Shown: positions 10,052-19,010, counted from the stretch's first letter. The stretch is 64,000 nt of DNA from Anaeroplasma bactoclasticum (GCA_023667245.1 JAMPAL010000001.1:1317-65316), one strand, 5' to 3'. Numbers and translations: made by a program. Notes: generated from the sequence alone by a model not told the origin.

Positions 10052-10757
10052 TCAAATGGTTGAGGTATTTCATTAAGGCCTCAAAATCACCATGAGGATA
10101 TATACTGATATCCTTATTTTCAGAATTAATCAAACAATCCGTTAGCAAAAATACATGCATACCTAAGTCTTTTCCCACCATATCTTCTTTGACATCATTA
10201 CCAATCATTAGGCACTCTTCTGGCTTACAGCCAATTTGATGCGCAATATCTAAATAGTACTCTGGATTAGGCTTACAAAATCCAATATTTTCATATGTTG
10301 TGATATATGTAAAAGCACTTTCATCTATTCCTGCCCAACGAATGCGATTGAGAGTGGCTATCTTAGGAAAAATAGGATTGGTTGCAAGAACAAGGAGATA
10401 CCCATTTCGTTTTGCCCAATCTACGACAACTTGAGCTGCTGGTTGAATTCCACAAATGGATTGTAGGCGATTAAATTCATTTTGATAATAGGCTTCAAAA
10501 AGAGGCATATCCGTTGTCACTGTCTTTTTACAATATTGTTCAAAATTTTGCCAAAATACAACTTCATTACTTTGTTTTCCATTGTTTTTGACCATTGCAT
10601 CAACTCCACCCATAATACCTTGAATCAGCATCTTAGGTTCATATCCATGAGGAGCGAGTGTTTCAGATAAAGTTTTGAAATAACCTTTGGTAAACTGCTC
10701 TTGATCCATTGGAAGTAATGTTCCATCTAAATCAAATAAAATAGCTTTAATCATCAT
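10041..10757 (-). CDS. HAD-superfamily hydrolase
   Basis: Motif I is ILFDLDGTLL and motif IV is MIGNDVKEDM. I chose the start MMIKAI (ATG at 10757), 6 nt after AAGGAG. The tracked ORF extension to 10856 covers the promoter and terminator region. Confidence 0.85.
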   Translation of the reverse strand: MMIKAILFDLDGTLLPMDQEQFTKGYFKTLSETLAPHGYEPKMLIQGIMGGVDAMVKNNGKQSNEVVFWQNFEQYCKKTVTTDMPLFEAYYQNEFNRLQSICGIQPAAQVVVDWAKRNGYLLVLATNPIFPKIATLNRIRWAGIDESAFTYITTYENIGFCKPNPEYYLDIAHQIGCKPEECLMIGNDVKEDMVGKDLGMHVFLLTDCLINSENKDISIYPHGDFEALMKYLNHLNED

Positions 10758-10825
10758 CTTATTCTCCTTTTGTTTTTGATTTCTATTTGTTATTATACCC
10801 CAAATTGGTCCATAAAGCAAGAAGA

Positions 10826-10866
10826 ACGAAAAATACTGTTGGCCTAAAAAAGTCAACAGTATTTTT
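10826..10866 (-). terminator. intrinsic terminator after htpG
   Basis: 12-bp stem AAAATACTGTTG / CAACAGTATTTT with a T-run on the minus strand. Confidence 0.65.
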
Positions 10867-10871
10867 GATTT

Positions 10872-12818
10872 TTATTCATTTGTACTCTTAATCATCAATT
10901 TACACATTAAATTCGAGAATTCAACACTATTGGTGAGCTTAAATCCTTCCATCAATAAGGCTTGATTATATAGTAGGTAAGCATAGTCTTTGATTTCTTC
11001 TGGATGAGTCGCATATACTTTTGTAAGTGCCCCAAATAAATCATGATGCGGATTGATTTCTAAAATTCGCTCTGCCTTGATTTTATCTTGGGTTGGCATA
11101 GCATCAATAACTTTTTCCATTTCGAAAGAGATACCATCACCAGAAACTAGACAAACGGGCGAATCAATCAATCGTTTGGATAAACGTACCTCTTTGACTT
11201 CTGTCTTTAGTGCCTCTTGGATGGCCTCTAGTAGATCTTTGCTTTGTGTCTTGACTTCTTCATTTTTTTCCTTTTCTTCTTCTGTTTCTAAGTCATCAAA
11301 AGTAGCTTGATTAATGGATTTGAATTCATGTTCATCGTATTTTCCTAATATCTTAAGCAAGAATTCATCCACATCATCAGTCAAAATGAGCACATCAAAT
11401 CCTCTTTTCTTGATTGCATCCATTTGTGGCATTGCCAGTATTTCTTCTTTTGTTTTACCCGTTGCATAATAAATGTCTTTTTGACCTTCTATCATATGGG
11501 TAATATATGTTTTAAATGTAACCATTTTTTCTTGGTTGATTGTCCGATAAATAAGTAAATCTTGAAGTTGTTCTTTTTTAGCTCCATAATTTTCATAAGC
11601 ACCAAATTTAAGTTGAATGCCATAGTTTTGGAAGAAAGTCACATATTGGTCATAGTCATCTTTTAAAAGAGTGGCGAGACGACTTAAAATTTTCTTTTCA
11701 ATATTTTTTTGCATCAACTGTAGTACTTTATCCTGTTGTAACATCTCTCGGCTAATATTGAGCGATAAATCACTAGAATCTACTACACCTTTTACAAAGC
11801 GTAAATAATCAGGGATTAATTCCTTACATTTATCCATAATGAAGATACCCTTTGAATACAATTGTAGACCTCTTTCATAGTCAATAGAATGTAGATTTCT
11901 AGGTGGCAATTGAGGGATAAATAACAATGTATGATAATTGATATTTCCTTCAACATGGAACATCAAATGTAACATTGGTTTTTCATAGTCATAGAATTTT
12001 TGCATATAAAAGTCATTTAATGCTTCTTCTGTAACTTCATTCTTTGGTTTTTTCCATAAAGGAATCATTGAATTTAGTGTAGTTAGTGTTCTAACTTCTT
12101 CATATTCATCCTCAATCTCTTTTCCATTTTCATCTAATTTCGGTTCTTCTTTTGTCATATATAGCGTAATGGGGTAACGAATGTAATCAGAATACTTTTT
12201 CACTAAGTATTGCAATGCATATTCATCTAGATATTGGCCAAAATCTACTTCTGTTTTTCCATCTTCTGATTGGATATTTTCTTTTAGATATAATGTAATA
12301 CTTGTACCCTCTGTTATTTTATCCGATTCAGCAATTTCATATGTATCCTCGCCTGTTGAAATAAACCGATAACCTTTATCGCTATAAGGCGATTTGGTAT
12401 CTACTACTACTTTTTGCGCAACCATAAAGGCGGAATAAAAACCAACGCCAAATTGACCAATTGTTTCTGGATTTTCTGCTTCTTCTGATTTGCCTTCTTC
12501 TAATTTCTTCATAAAAGCAAGGGTCCCCGATTTTGCAATGGTTCCTAAATTATCATTGACTTCTTCATAAGTCATACCAATCCCGTTATCTGTAATAGTC
12601 AAGGTTCTAGCATCTTTATTGATTTCTAAATGAATTTCGTAGTCATTGCGTTTTGCTAGTTTTTCATCTGATAATGATAGATAATGATATTTATCAATGG
12701 CATCAGATGCATTAGATAACAATTCTCTTAAAAATATTTCTTGATTTGTATAAATGGAATGAATCATCAAGTCTAAAAGTCGCTTGGATTCTGTCTTAAA
12801 TTCTTTAATTTCACTCAT
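10872..12818 (-). CDS. htpG: molecular chaperone HtpG (Hsp90)
   Basis: 648 aa with GHKL ATPase motifs ELLSNASDAIDK and GQFGVGFYS and a full-length Hsp90 architecture. Confidence 0.95.
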   Translation of the reverse strand: MSEIKEFKTESKRLLDLMIHSIYTNQEIFLRELLSNASDAIDKYHYLSLSDEKLAKRNDYEIHLEINKDARTLTITDNGIGMTYEEVNDNLGTIAKSGTLAFMKKLEEGKSEEAENPETIGQFGVGFYSAFMVAQKVVVDTKSPYSDKGYRFISTGEDTYEIAESDKITEGTSITLYLKENIQSEDGKTEVDFGQYLDEYALQYLVKKYSDYIRYPITLYMTKEEPKLDENGKEIEDEYEEVRTLTTLNSMIPLWKKPKNEVTEEALNDFYMQKFYDYEKPMLHLMFHVEGNINYHTLLFIPQLPPRNLHSIDYERGLQLYSKGIFIMDKCKELIPDYLRFVKGVVDSSDLSLNISREMLQQDKVLQLMQKNIEKKILSRLATLLKDDYDQYVTFFQNYGIQLKFGAYENYGAKKEQLQDLLIYRTINQEKMVTFKTYITHMIEGQKDIYYATGKTKEEILAMPQMDAIKKRGFDVLILTDDVDEFLLKILGKYDEHEFKSINQATFDDLETEEEKEKNEEVKTQSKDLLEAIQEALKTEVKEVRLSKRLIDSPVCLVSGDGISFEMEKVIDAMPTQDKIKAERILEINPHHDLFGALTKVYATHPEEIKDYAYLLYNQALLMEGFKLTNSVEFSNLMCKLMIKSTNE

Positions 12819-12831
12819 AGCATTTCTCCTT

Positions 12832-12858
12832 TTAGCACTCTATATATTTGAGTGCTAA
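12832..12858 (-). promoter_or_regulatory. CIRCE operator (HrcA binding site) in the htpG leader
   Basis: Perfect TTAGCACTC-N9-GAGTGCTAA between the -10 box and the htpG RBS. Confidence 0.9.
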
Positions 12859-12862
12859 CATC

Positions 12863-12890
12863 ATTATACCACTTTTTTCCTATTTGTCAA
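12863..12890 (-). promoter_or_regulatory. sigma-A type promoter of htpG
   Basis: On the minus strand: TTGACA (12885..12890), a 16-nt spacer, then TATAAT (12863..12868). The layout is the same as the clpB promoter. Confidence 0.75.
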
Positions 12891-12964
12891 TAGAAAAGAA
12901 GAAAATATTTTAAAATCCATATATACATTCTTTTCGAATGTCAGAATTGATCCCCTCAATGAAA

Positions 12965-12993
12965 AGCATCTAGTAACTACATTACTAGATGCT
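12965..12993 (-). terminator. hairpin after the sigma/anti-sigma operon
   Basis: 12-bp stem AGCATCTAGTAA / TTACTAGATGCT. Only a weak T-run follows. Confidence 0.5.
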
Positions 12994-13006
12994 TGAGGTT
13001 TTATCC

Positions 13007-14383
13007 CTATGACAATGAATTTTCTTGACTATGCAAAGTTTCAATTAAAGCTTGTTTTCGCACTTGTATGGCCTGTTTTGCTTTTTCAATATCTTCTAGG
13101 TGCGTTTTTTCAAATGTTTCAAATACTTGTTTTTTATATGCATTTATCTTTTCCTCTGTATCCATAATCACTTGAAATGTCATTTCTTTGATGCTTGTTG
13201 GAAATTTTGCCTCTAATGCTTCCATTTGTTTTAAAATTTCTTCAAATGTATAACATACAGCCTGATAAGCTTGACTAGCTAGTTGCTCAGCACTCGTAAG
13301 AGTTACTTCTAAAGAGGCATATTCTGCTTCTAAATAAGACAACTGAGCGGTTTCTTTCATTCGTGTTAGTACATCAATATCTTCTGGAAGGTTAGCTACA
13401 TAGGCTCTTTGTTTCAATAGTTCTGCTTTTTTAGTAGCTAAATGGTCAAGCGCATTTTGATAACTCGATGCATCGCTTACAAAATATTCATAATAAACTT
13501 CTTGAAGGCTTTGATAGGTCTCTGTTAATGTTTGATAAATTGTATCATAAGCAGTGATACTTGTTTGATAGATGGCTTCTAACTGATCTACTGCTTGCTT
13601 TGTGGCTTCTTTTTCGGCTAATCTAATTTCTTGTGCCTTTACTTGTTGATACATTTCCTCTAGTTTGATGCTTGCAAGATTGGCCACTTCTAAATGGTAT
13701 AACTCAACAACATGAATCAACTGATCATATGTTAAATTTTGGATTTCTTCTTCAGTTAAAGTTGGATCTAATGTTTTGGCAAGAGTTTGTAATTCTTCTA
13801 TAACATACCCTTTTAGTTCATTGATTTTAGCTTGCACATTGACCTTCTCACAAGCATTTGCTATATATGATTTCGTTTTTTCTTGCATTTGTTGAATCAG
13901 TTGATCATTTTCGGCACTGATGGTGACGGTGATTTCATTATCTGTGACATTGACCAACAAATATCCCATTTGCGTTTCTAGCCGAATAATCGTTTCAACT
14001 GCCTCATCTAAACTTTTCCCCACAATGGCTTCGCCTTCTATAATCATCTTGCCTTCATCATTCAATCCCCTAATGGATACAACTTGATTGTTTTCATCCA
14101 CAACCATTTCAATACTTGGATTAACATCCACTTGAACAATGGCTTGATGGGCTTCCACTGGTTTTTTGCCTACTACAATCGCCATCACAATGGTTACCAT
14201 AATCATTAGACATACACATGGTGCCAATACTTGCAACCACCTTTTATACTTCTTTTGTGTCTTTCTGCTTGGAATAACGCCTACACGTTCTGATACTTGA
14301 TCATATAATTCTTTTCTAGGTTCACTATTTTCTTTCATTTCGTTTTTAAATTTACTCCTGATTTGTTTTTCGAATTGATTCAT
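13007..14383 (-). CDS. putative anti-sigma factor, single-pass membrane protein with a long helical extracytoplasmic domain
   Basis: 458 aa. It has a short cytoplasmic N-terminus, one TM helix (LQVLAPCVCLMIMVTIVMAIVV) and a beta-rich juxtamembrane segment (VQVDVNPSIEMVVDENNQVVSIRGLNDEG), followed by a Q/E/A/L-rich helical region. Its start overlaps the sigma gene stop by 4 nt. Confidence 0.55.
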   Translation of the reverse strand: MNQFEKQIRSKFKNEMKENSEPRKELYDQVSERVGVIPSRKTQKKYKRWLQVLAPCVCLMIMVTIVMAIVVGKKPVEAHQAIVQVDVNPSIEMVVDENNQVVSIRGLNDEGKMIIEGEAIVGKSLDEAVETIIRLETQMGYLLVNVTDNEITVTISAENDQLIQQMQEKTKSYIANACEKVNVQAKINELKGYVIEELQTLAKTLDPTLTEEEIQNLTYDQLIHVVELYHLEVANLASIKLEEMYQQVKAQEIRLAEKEATKQAVDQLEAIYQTSITAYDTIYQTLTETYQSLQEVYYEYFVSDASSYQNALDHLATKKAELLKQRAYVANLPEDIDVLTRMKETAQLSYLEAEYASLEVTLTSAEQLASQAYQAVCYTFEEILKQMEALEAKFPTSIKEMTFQVIMDTEEKINAYKKQVFETFEKTHLEDIEKAKQAIQVRKQALIETLHSQENSLS

Positions 14384-14886
14384 ACTTCATACACTCTCCT
14401 TAAAATTTCTAGTCCATCATAATAAAGCCCCTGTACTTTCCCAATAGTCATCCCCAAACAACAAGCTATATCTTTGAATTTATAATCATAGATAAAACGA
14501 AGAACCATAATTCTAATGGTATCCTCTTCTAAATACGCACAAAATAAGTCCATCATTTCTCGGTGATGATGCGTAGCATCGGCCGTTATGCTTACAATTT
14601 CATCACTTAAAATCGTATCTTTTTCCTTATTTCGAGTCACATAATTAGATGCAATGTGTCTTGTGATTTGACATATCCATTCCTTGAATTTACCTTTTTC
14701 TTGATATTGATCAATAGAATGCAAAATACGTACAAATACATCACTTACAATGTCTTCAGCATCTTCTATATTTCTAGTGTACGAATACGCAATATGATAA
14801 ATCAAATGTACATATTGGTCATACAATTTATGAAATGCCTCTTCATCCTTTTGTTTTAATTGGCTAATGAAATCAGTTTGGCTCAT
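14380..14886 (-). CDS. ECF-type sigma-70 family RNA polymerase sigma factor
   Basis: Region 2 (FHKLYDQYVHLIYHIAYSY...DAEDIVSDVF) and region 4 HTH (FKDIACCLGMTIGKVQGLYYDGL). I chose the ATG at 14886. The tracked ORF starts at a TTG at 14922 with no RBS. Confidence 0.8.
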   Translation of the reverse strand: MSQTDFISQLKQKDEEAFHKLYDQYVHLIYHIAYSYTRNIEDAEDIVSDVFVRILHSIDQYQEKGKFKEWICQITRHIASNYVTRNKEKDTILSDEIVSITADATHHHREMMDLFCAYLEEDTIRIMVLRFIYDYKFKDIACCLGMTIGKVQGLYYDGLEILRRVYEV

Positions 14887-14970
14887 GATTTGAATGTATT
14901 CCTTTCTCTCTTCACTAAACAAAACCCAAAAAATTCATTTTTTATTCTATATTTTTCTTTATTTAAAAAA

Positions 14971-15009
14971 AGTGTACATTTACACCTCAATCATTTGTAA
15001 ATATACACT
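14971..15009. terminator. long bidirectional terminator-like hairpin
   Basis: 14-bp stem AGTGTACATTTACA / TGTAAATATACACT (one mismatch) with an 11-nt loop, flanked by an A-run upstream and a T-run downstream. Confidence 0.55.
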
Positions 15010-15033
15010 TTTTTGGTTTTATCACTAAATTGT

Positions 15034-15110
15034 ATAAAAAAAGAAGACTGTAATTTGGGGGGATCAGTCTTCTTATACCCAGTCTGTAATTTGGGGGGAC
15101 CAAACTAGGC
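15034..15110 (-). ncRNA. candidate small RNA (about 77 nt) with a duplicated C-rich motif
   Basis: A near-consensus promoter lies directly upstream on the minus strand. The predicted transcript is GCCUAGUUUGGUCCCCCCAAAUUACAGACUGGGUAUAAGAAGACUGAUCCCCCCAAAUUACAGUCUUCUUUUUUU. It folds into a 5' hairpin (CCUAGU/ACUGGG) and a 10-bp terminator hairpin plus U-run. Each hairpin presents UCCCCCCAAAUUA in its loop. No ORF is present. Confidence 0.45.
15045..15099. repeat. direct repeat AG(A/T)CTGTAATTTGGGGGGA, two copies 36 nt apart
   Basis: Copies at 15045..15063 and 15081..15099 are identical at 18 of 19 positions. Confidence 0.9.
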
Positions 15111-15116
15111 ATTAAT

Positions 15117-15145
15117 ATTATAACATAATTTTTTTTAAAAAGCAA
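15117..15145 (-). promoter_or_regulatory. near-consensus sigma-A promoter with an extended -10
   Basis: On the minus strand: TTGCTT (15140..15145), a 17-nt spacer ending in TGT, then TATAAT (15117..15122). Confidence 0.65.
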
Positions 15146-15195
15146 GCATTTTTCGCTATTTTTTGAAAAATTTTGTTGAAATATTGTGTTTTTCT

Positions 15196-15885
15196 CTATT
15201 TTTTGGCAACTTTTGACAAAGCATCTTTGGCTGCAGCTTGATCAGCTTCCTTTTTTGAACGGCCTTGTCCTACCCCTAAAACAATGCCCTCTAGCAAAAC
15301 CGCTCTAGTAAATGTCGGCTCATTGGATGTTCCTTCCTTTTTAATCAATTCATAAACCAAGTTAGATCTGGTTTCAGACTGCACATATTCTTGTAATCTA
15401 CTTTTATAATCCACAAACTCAATCTGGTCATTGGCTTTAATATGTGGAAAGACAATCTTTTCTAATATCTTTTTTACATCACCAATACCATTGGTAAGAT
15501 ACACTGCTCCTAAAAAAGATTCAAATGCATCATTAATTACTGCATCTTTCTTTCTACCACCAGACTGTTCTTCCCCACGCCCCAACAAAAGCAATTGATC
15601 AATGCCTAAGACTTGAGCGTATTTTGCATTGGCATTTTCGCATACATAAGTTGCTCGTAGTTTACTCATTTTGCCCTCTGGCAAATCTGGAAAGTTTTCA
15701 TATATATAATGAGCAACGAGCAATCCCAATACGGCGTCCCCTAAAAATTCAATGCGTTCATTGCTTTTTAAATGATGTTCATTGGCATAAGACGAATGCG
15801 TCATCGCAAGCAAAAAATGGGTAGTATCATGCACACGGATATCAAATTGTCCTAAAATTTCATTTAATTTTTTCTTATTCAACAT
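15196..15885 (-). CDS. rnc: ribonuclease III
   Basis: RNase III signature ERIEFLGDAVL plus a C-terminal dsRBD (KSRLQEYVQ...AAKDAL). Confidence 0.95.
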   Translation of the reverse strand: MLNKKKLNEILGQFDIRVHDTTHFLLAMTHSSYANEHHLKSNERIEFLGDAVLGLLVAHYIYENFPDLPEGKMSKLRATYVCENANAKYAQVLGIDQLLLLGRGEEQSGGRKKDAVINDAFESFLGAVYLTNGIGDVKKILEKIVFPHIKANDQIEFVDYKSRLQEYVQSETRSNLVYELIKKEGTSNEPTFTRAVLLEGIVLGVGQGRSKKEADQAAAKDALSKVAKK

Positions 15886-16894
15886 CCGTTTTTTCCTCTA
15901 ATGGGTGAGTTTCTAAATATGTTTTCATTTTACAAACAATATCTTTTTGAACAGCCTTATAGGCAAGTCGTATCGCATTTTGATAGGCTTCTGGTGAACT
16001 TGCACCATGAGCTTTGATCACAATACCATCTACACCAAATAATGTGGCTCCACCAATTTTATCTGCACTGAACCGCTCCTGGAATCGTTTTAAATTTTTA
16101 CGCATAAATAAATAACCGATTTTCCCACCTAATGAAGATTTAATTTCTTCTTTCAATGCCCTACCAAATGCTTTGGCTGTTCCCTCAAAGGATTTCATCG
16201 CAACATTACCTGTAAATCCATCAGTGATGATAATATCAGCATCACTCGTAAGCAATTCTTTTGGCTCCAAATTTCCTAAGAAATTGAGTTCTGATGCCGC
16301 CAATAACTGATACACTTCTTTTTCTAATTCTCTTCCTTTTCCAGGCTCTGTTCCAATATTTAGTAAATAACATTTGGGGTGAACAATGCCTTTGACCTCT
16401 TTGGCATAAATGTTGGCAAATTGCGCATATTGTAAGATATACTCCGGTTTAATATCTGTATTCGCACCTACATCTAGCATAATTGCACCTGTTTCTTGGA
16501 ATGATGGTACATTGGGGCAAAGCGCTACTCGTTTCATTCCTTTGATTCTGCGAATAATCAAGTGGGCAGCAACAATTACGCCTTGTGTTGGACCACATGT
16601 CACTACACCATCTACAGTCTTATCCTTTACCGCTTGAAATGCCATCACCATTGATGTATCTTTATTTTTTCTAATTTCATGAATAGGATCCTTTTCTCCC
16701 ATATCTATTAACCTGGGTGCATGAACAATTTCAATACGATCAATTGGACCACCCAATTCTTTTTGAATGATTTCTTCATCACCAAATAATACCAAAGTCA
16801 CATCTGGATTTTCTTTAATAATAGCCTGACAAGCTGGAATGGTTGTTTGATAACCATAGTCTCCTCCTGCCGCATCAATTGCAAGTCTAATCAT
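15875..16894 (-). CDS. plsX: phosphate acyltransferase PlsX
   Basis: MIRLAIDAAGGDYG N-terminus and GFTGNVAMK motif, 339 aa. Confidence 0.95.
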   Translation of the reverse strand: MIRLAIDAAGGDYGYQTTIPACQAIIKENPDVTLVLFGDEEIIQKELGGPIDRIEIVHAPRLIDMGEKDPIHEIRKNKDTSMVMAFQAVKDKTVDGVVTCGPTQGVIVAAHLIIRRIKGMKRVALCPNVPSFQETGAIMLDVGANTDIKPEYILQYAQFANIYAKEVKGIVHPKCYLLNIGTEPGKGRELEKEVYQLLAASELNFLGNLEPKELLTSDADIIITDGFTGNVAMKSFEGTAKAFGRALKEEIKSSLGGKIGYLFMRKNLKRFQERFSADKIGGATLFGVDGIVIKAHGASSPEAYQNAIRLAYKAVQKDIVCKMKTYLETHPLEEKTDVE

Positions 16895-16923
16895 ATCTTC
16901 TACCTCCGTTGTTTTTATTCTAT

Positions 16924-18966
16924 TTAATCTAACTGAGTTTGTTTTCTTTGATAATTATTTGATGCCACTTCATATAATTTTTGATAATCCGCTTCAACAA
17001 ATAAACTACCATTTTGAATCATTTCTTCAGAATCTATATTCGCAAGTTCTAATAAATCGCTATTTTCTCGTAAAGATGCATATTTAAAATGCATAGAGCC
17101 TGATTGTTTTTCACCAAAGAATTCCCCAGGACCACGATGCTTTAAATCATATTCCGCTAGTGCAAATCCATCGGTTGTTTGTTCAACCATTTTCAAACGT
17201 TCTATACTAGAGTCTGTAGGGTGATCAGTTGTAACAAAGAAACAATACGGAATGCTATCACTTCTCATCACTCTACCTCTTAATTGATGAAGAGCTGCTA
17301 CACCAAATCGCTCTGCTCCTAAAATGAGGATAGTCGTTGCATTGGGTACATTTACCCCAACCTCAATAACACTTGTAGCAACCAAAATTTGAATTTCTTT
17401 GTCTAAAAATTGTTGCATAATATCTTCTTTTTCAGTGGGTTTTAATTTTCCATGAATAAGTCCTACTGTAGCAATGCCTTCAAAGTAGCGTTTCATATTT
17501 TCATAAATTTCAGTAGCGTTGGCAGTATCAATTACCTCTGATTCTTCGATTAAAGGTGTAACCACATAAATTTGATGTCCCGTAGCAAGTTCTTGTTTCA
17601 TATGAACCATCACATCTTTTTTATGTGCTTTATCCACATATTTTGTCACTACAGCCTTTCTATTTTTTGGCATTGTTTTAATGATTGATATATCAGTATC
17701 TCCGTATGCTGATATGGCTAGAGTTCTAGGAATAGGCGTTGCACTCATCTTCAGGTAATTGACATCTAACCCTTTGTTTTTAATCAATACTCTCTGGCGT
17801 ACCCCAAACCGGTGTTCTTCATCCGCAATAACTGTTCCTAAATTATAATACTCTACATCCGTTTGAAAAAGAGCATGTGTTCCTACAATGATTTGAATTT
17901 CATTAGTTGCTAGTTTTTGTAGAATTTCTTTTCGCTCTTTTTGGCTAGTACTTCCTGTTAAAAGACCAATTTGAATTTGTGAAAAATCACGAAGCAAGTC
18001 TTGAAGTGTCACAAAATGTTGCTTTGATAATATTTCAGTTGGACACATCAACGCCGCTTGAAATCCACCAGAAACAGTGGCCAAAAGGGCCATTACAGCA
18101 ACAATTGTTTTTCCACTTCCTACTTCTCCTTGCAATAAACGATTCATGGCATAGGGAGCAGACAAATCTTTTAAAATGTCTCCAATCGCTTTATCTTGAT
18201 CTGGTGTAAGGTCATAGGACAATTTTTTCCTCAACTGAGTAAGTACTTCTTCTTGATAACAAATAGCAGGGCAACCAGTTTCTTTTTGTCTCATATGATG
18301 TAAGTATTTCATTGATACTTGATATTGTAACAACTCTTCATATTGCATTCTCTTTTTGGCTTGAGCTATTTCATCTAGTTGATCAGAAAAATGCAAAATC
18401 CGAACAGTTTCTGGTAAGGATAGCAATTGGTATTTTTCTAAATAGGTTCTAGGCAAAGTTTCTCCAATTTGATGTTTATATTTGCGAAAAGCTGTCAGCA
18501 AAATTTCAAAATATTTTTCGTCTGCTATTTCTTTGATTCTATAGGTAGGTATCACATCACGACTCAGTTCATCCACCAAAACCAAATTACTCACAGTAAA
18601 TTGATTCATTGATTGATAAAATTTCCCTTGCACACGAATGACACTGCCGTAATTCAATTTCCCTTTCAAATAGATGCGATTAAAAATAGTACAGCGAATT
18701 TTGGTTCCTTCTACTTCTAATTGAAAGACAACTGTCGACAATTTGGATTTTAAATAATTAATAGCAATTTTAGAAACAATCGTTCCTTCTAAAATAATCG
18801 TTTCATCTAATTTAGCGTCCCTTAAAGATTGGACTTTGAAATCATCATACTTAATCGGAAAATCAAATAATAAATCTTCCATTGTGTGAATTCCTTTTTT
18901 CTTAAAAATAGTTTTATAACGCGCTAATATATATTCTTCTTCACTTACTTGATAATCTTTTAGCAT
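16924..18966 (-). CDS. recG: ATP-dependent DNA helicase RecG
   Basis: N-terminal OB wedge, Walker A GEVGSGKT, motif II ADEEHRFG, motif VI QLRGRVMR. Confidence 0.95.
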   Translation of the reverse strand: MLKDYQVSEEEYILARYKTIFKKKGIHTMEDLLFDFPIKYDDFKVQSLRDAKLDETIILEGTIVSKIAINYLKSKLSTVVFQLEVEGTKIRCTIFNRIYLKGKLNYGSVIRVQGKFYQSMNQFTVSNLVLVDELSRDVIPTYRIKEIADEKYFEILLTAFRKYKHQIGETLPRTYLEKYQLLSLPETVRILHFSDQLDEIAQAKKRMQYEELLQYQVSMKYLHHMRQKETGCPAICYQEEVLTQLRKKLSYDLTPDQDKAIGDILKDLSAPYAMNRLLQGEVGSGKTIVAVMALLATVSGGFQAALMCPTEILSKQHFVTLQDLLRDFSQIQIGLLTGSTSQKERKEILQKLATNEIQIIVGTHALFQTDVEYYNLGTVIADEEHRFGVRQRVLIKNKGLDVNYLKMSATPIPRTLAISAYGDTDISIIKTMPKNRKAVVTKYVDKAHKKDVMVHMKQELATGHQIYVVTPLIEESEVIDTANATEIYENMKRYFEGIATVGLIHGKLKPTEKEDIMQQFLDKEIQILVATSVIEVGVNVPNATTILILGAERFGVAALHQLRGRVMRSDSIPYCFFVTTDHPTDSSIERLKMVEQTTDGFALAEYDLKHRGPGEFFGEKQSGSMHFKYASLRENSDLLELANIDSEEMIQNGSLFVEADYQKLYEVASNNYQRKQTQLD

Positions 18967-18987
18967 AATGCCCTCCTATTTTTAAGA

Positions 18988-19010
18988 AAAAGTGGAGTTA
19001 GCTCCACTTT
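18988..19010 (-). terminator. hairpin between yloV/fakA and recG (possibly a partial terminator)
   Basis: 9-bp stem AAAGTGGAG / CTCCACTTT with a 4-nt loop, followed on the minus strand by a T-rich tract. Confidence 0.5.
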
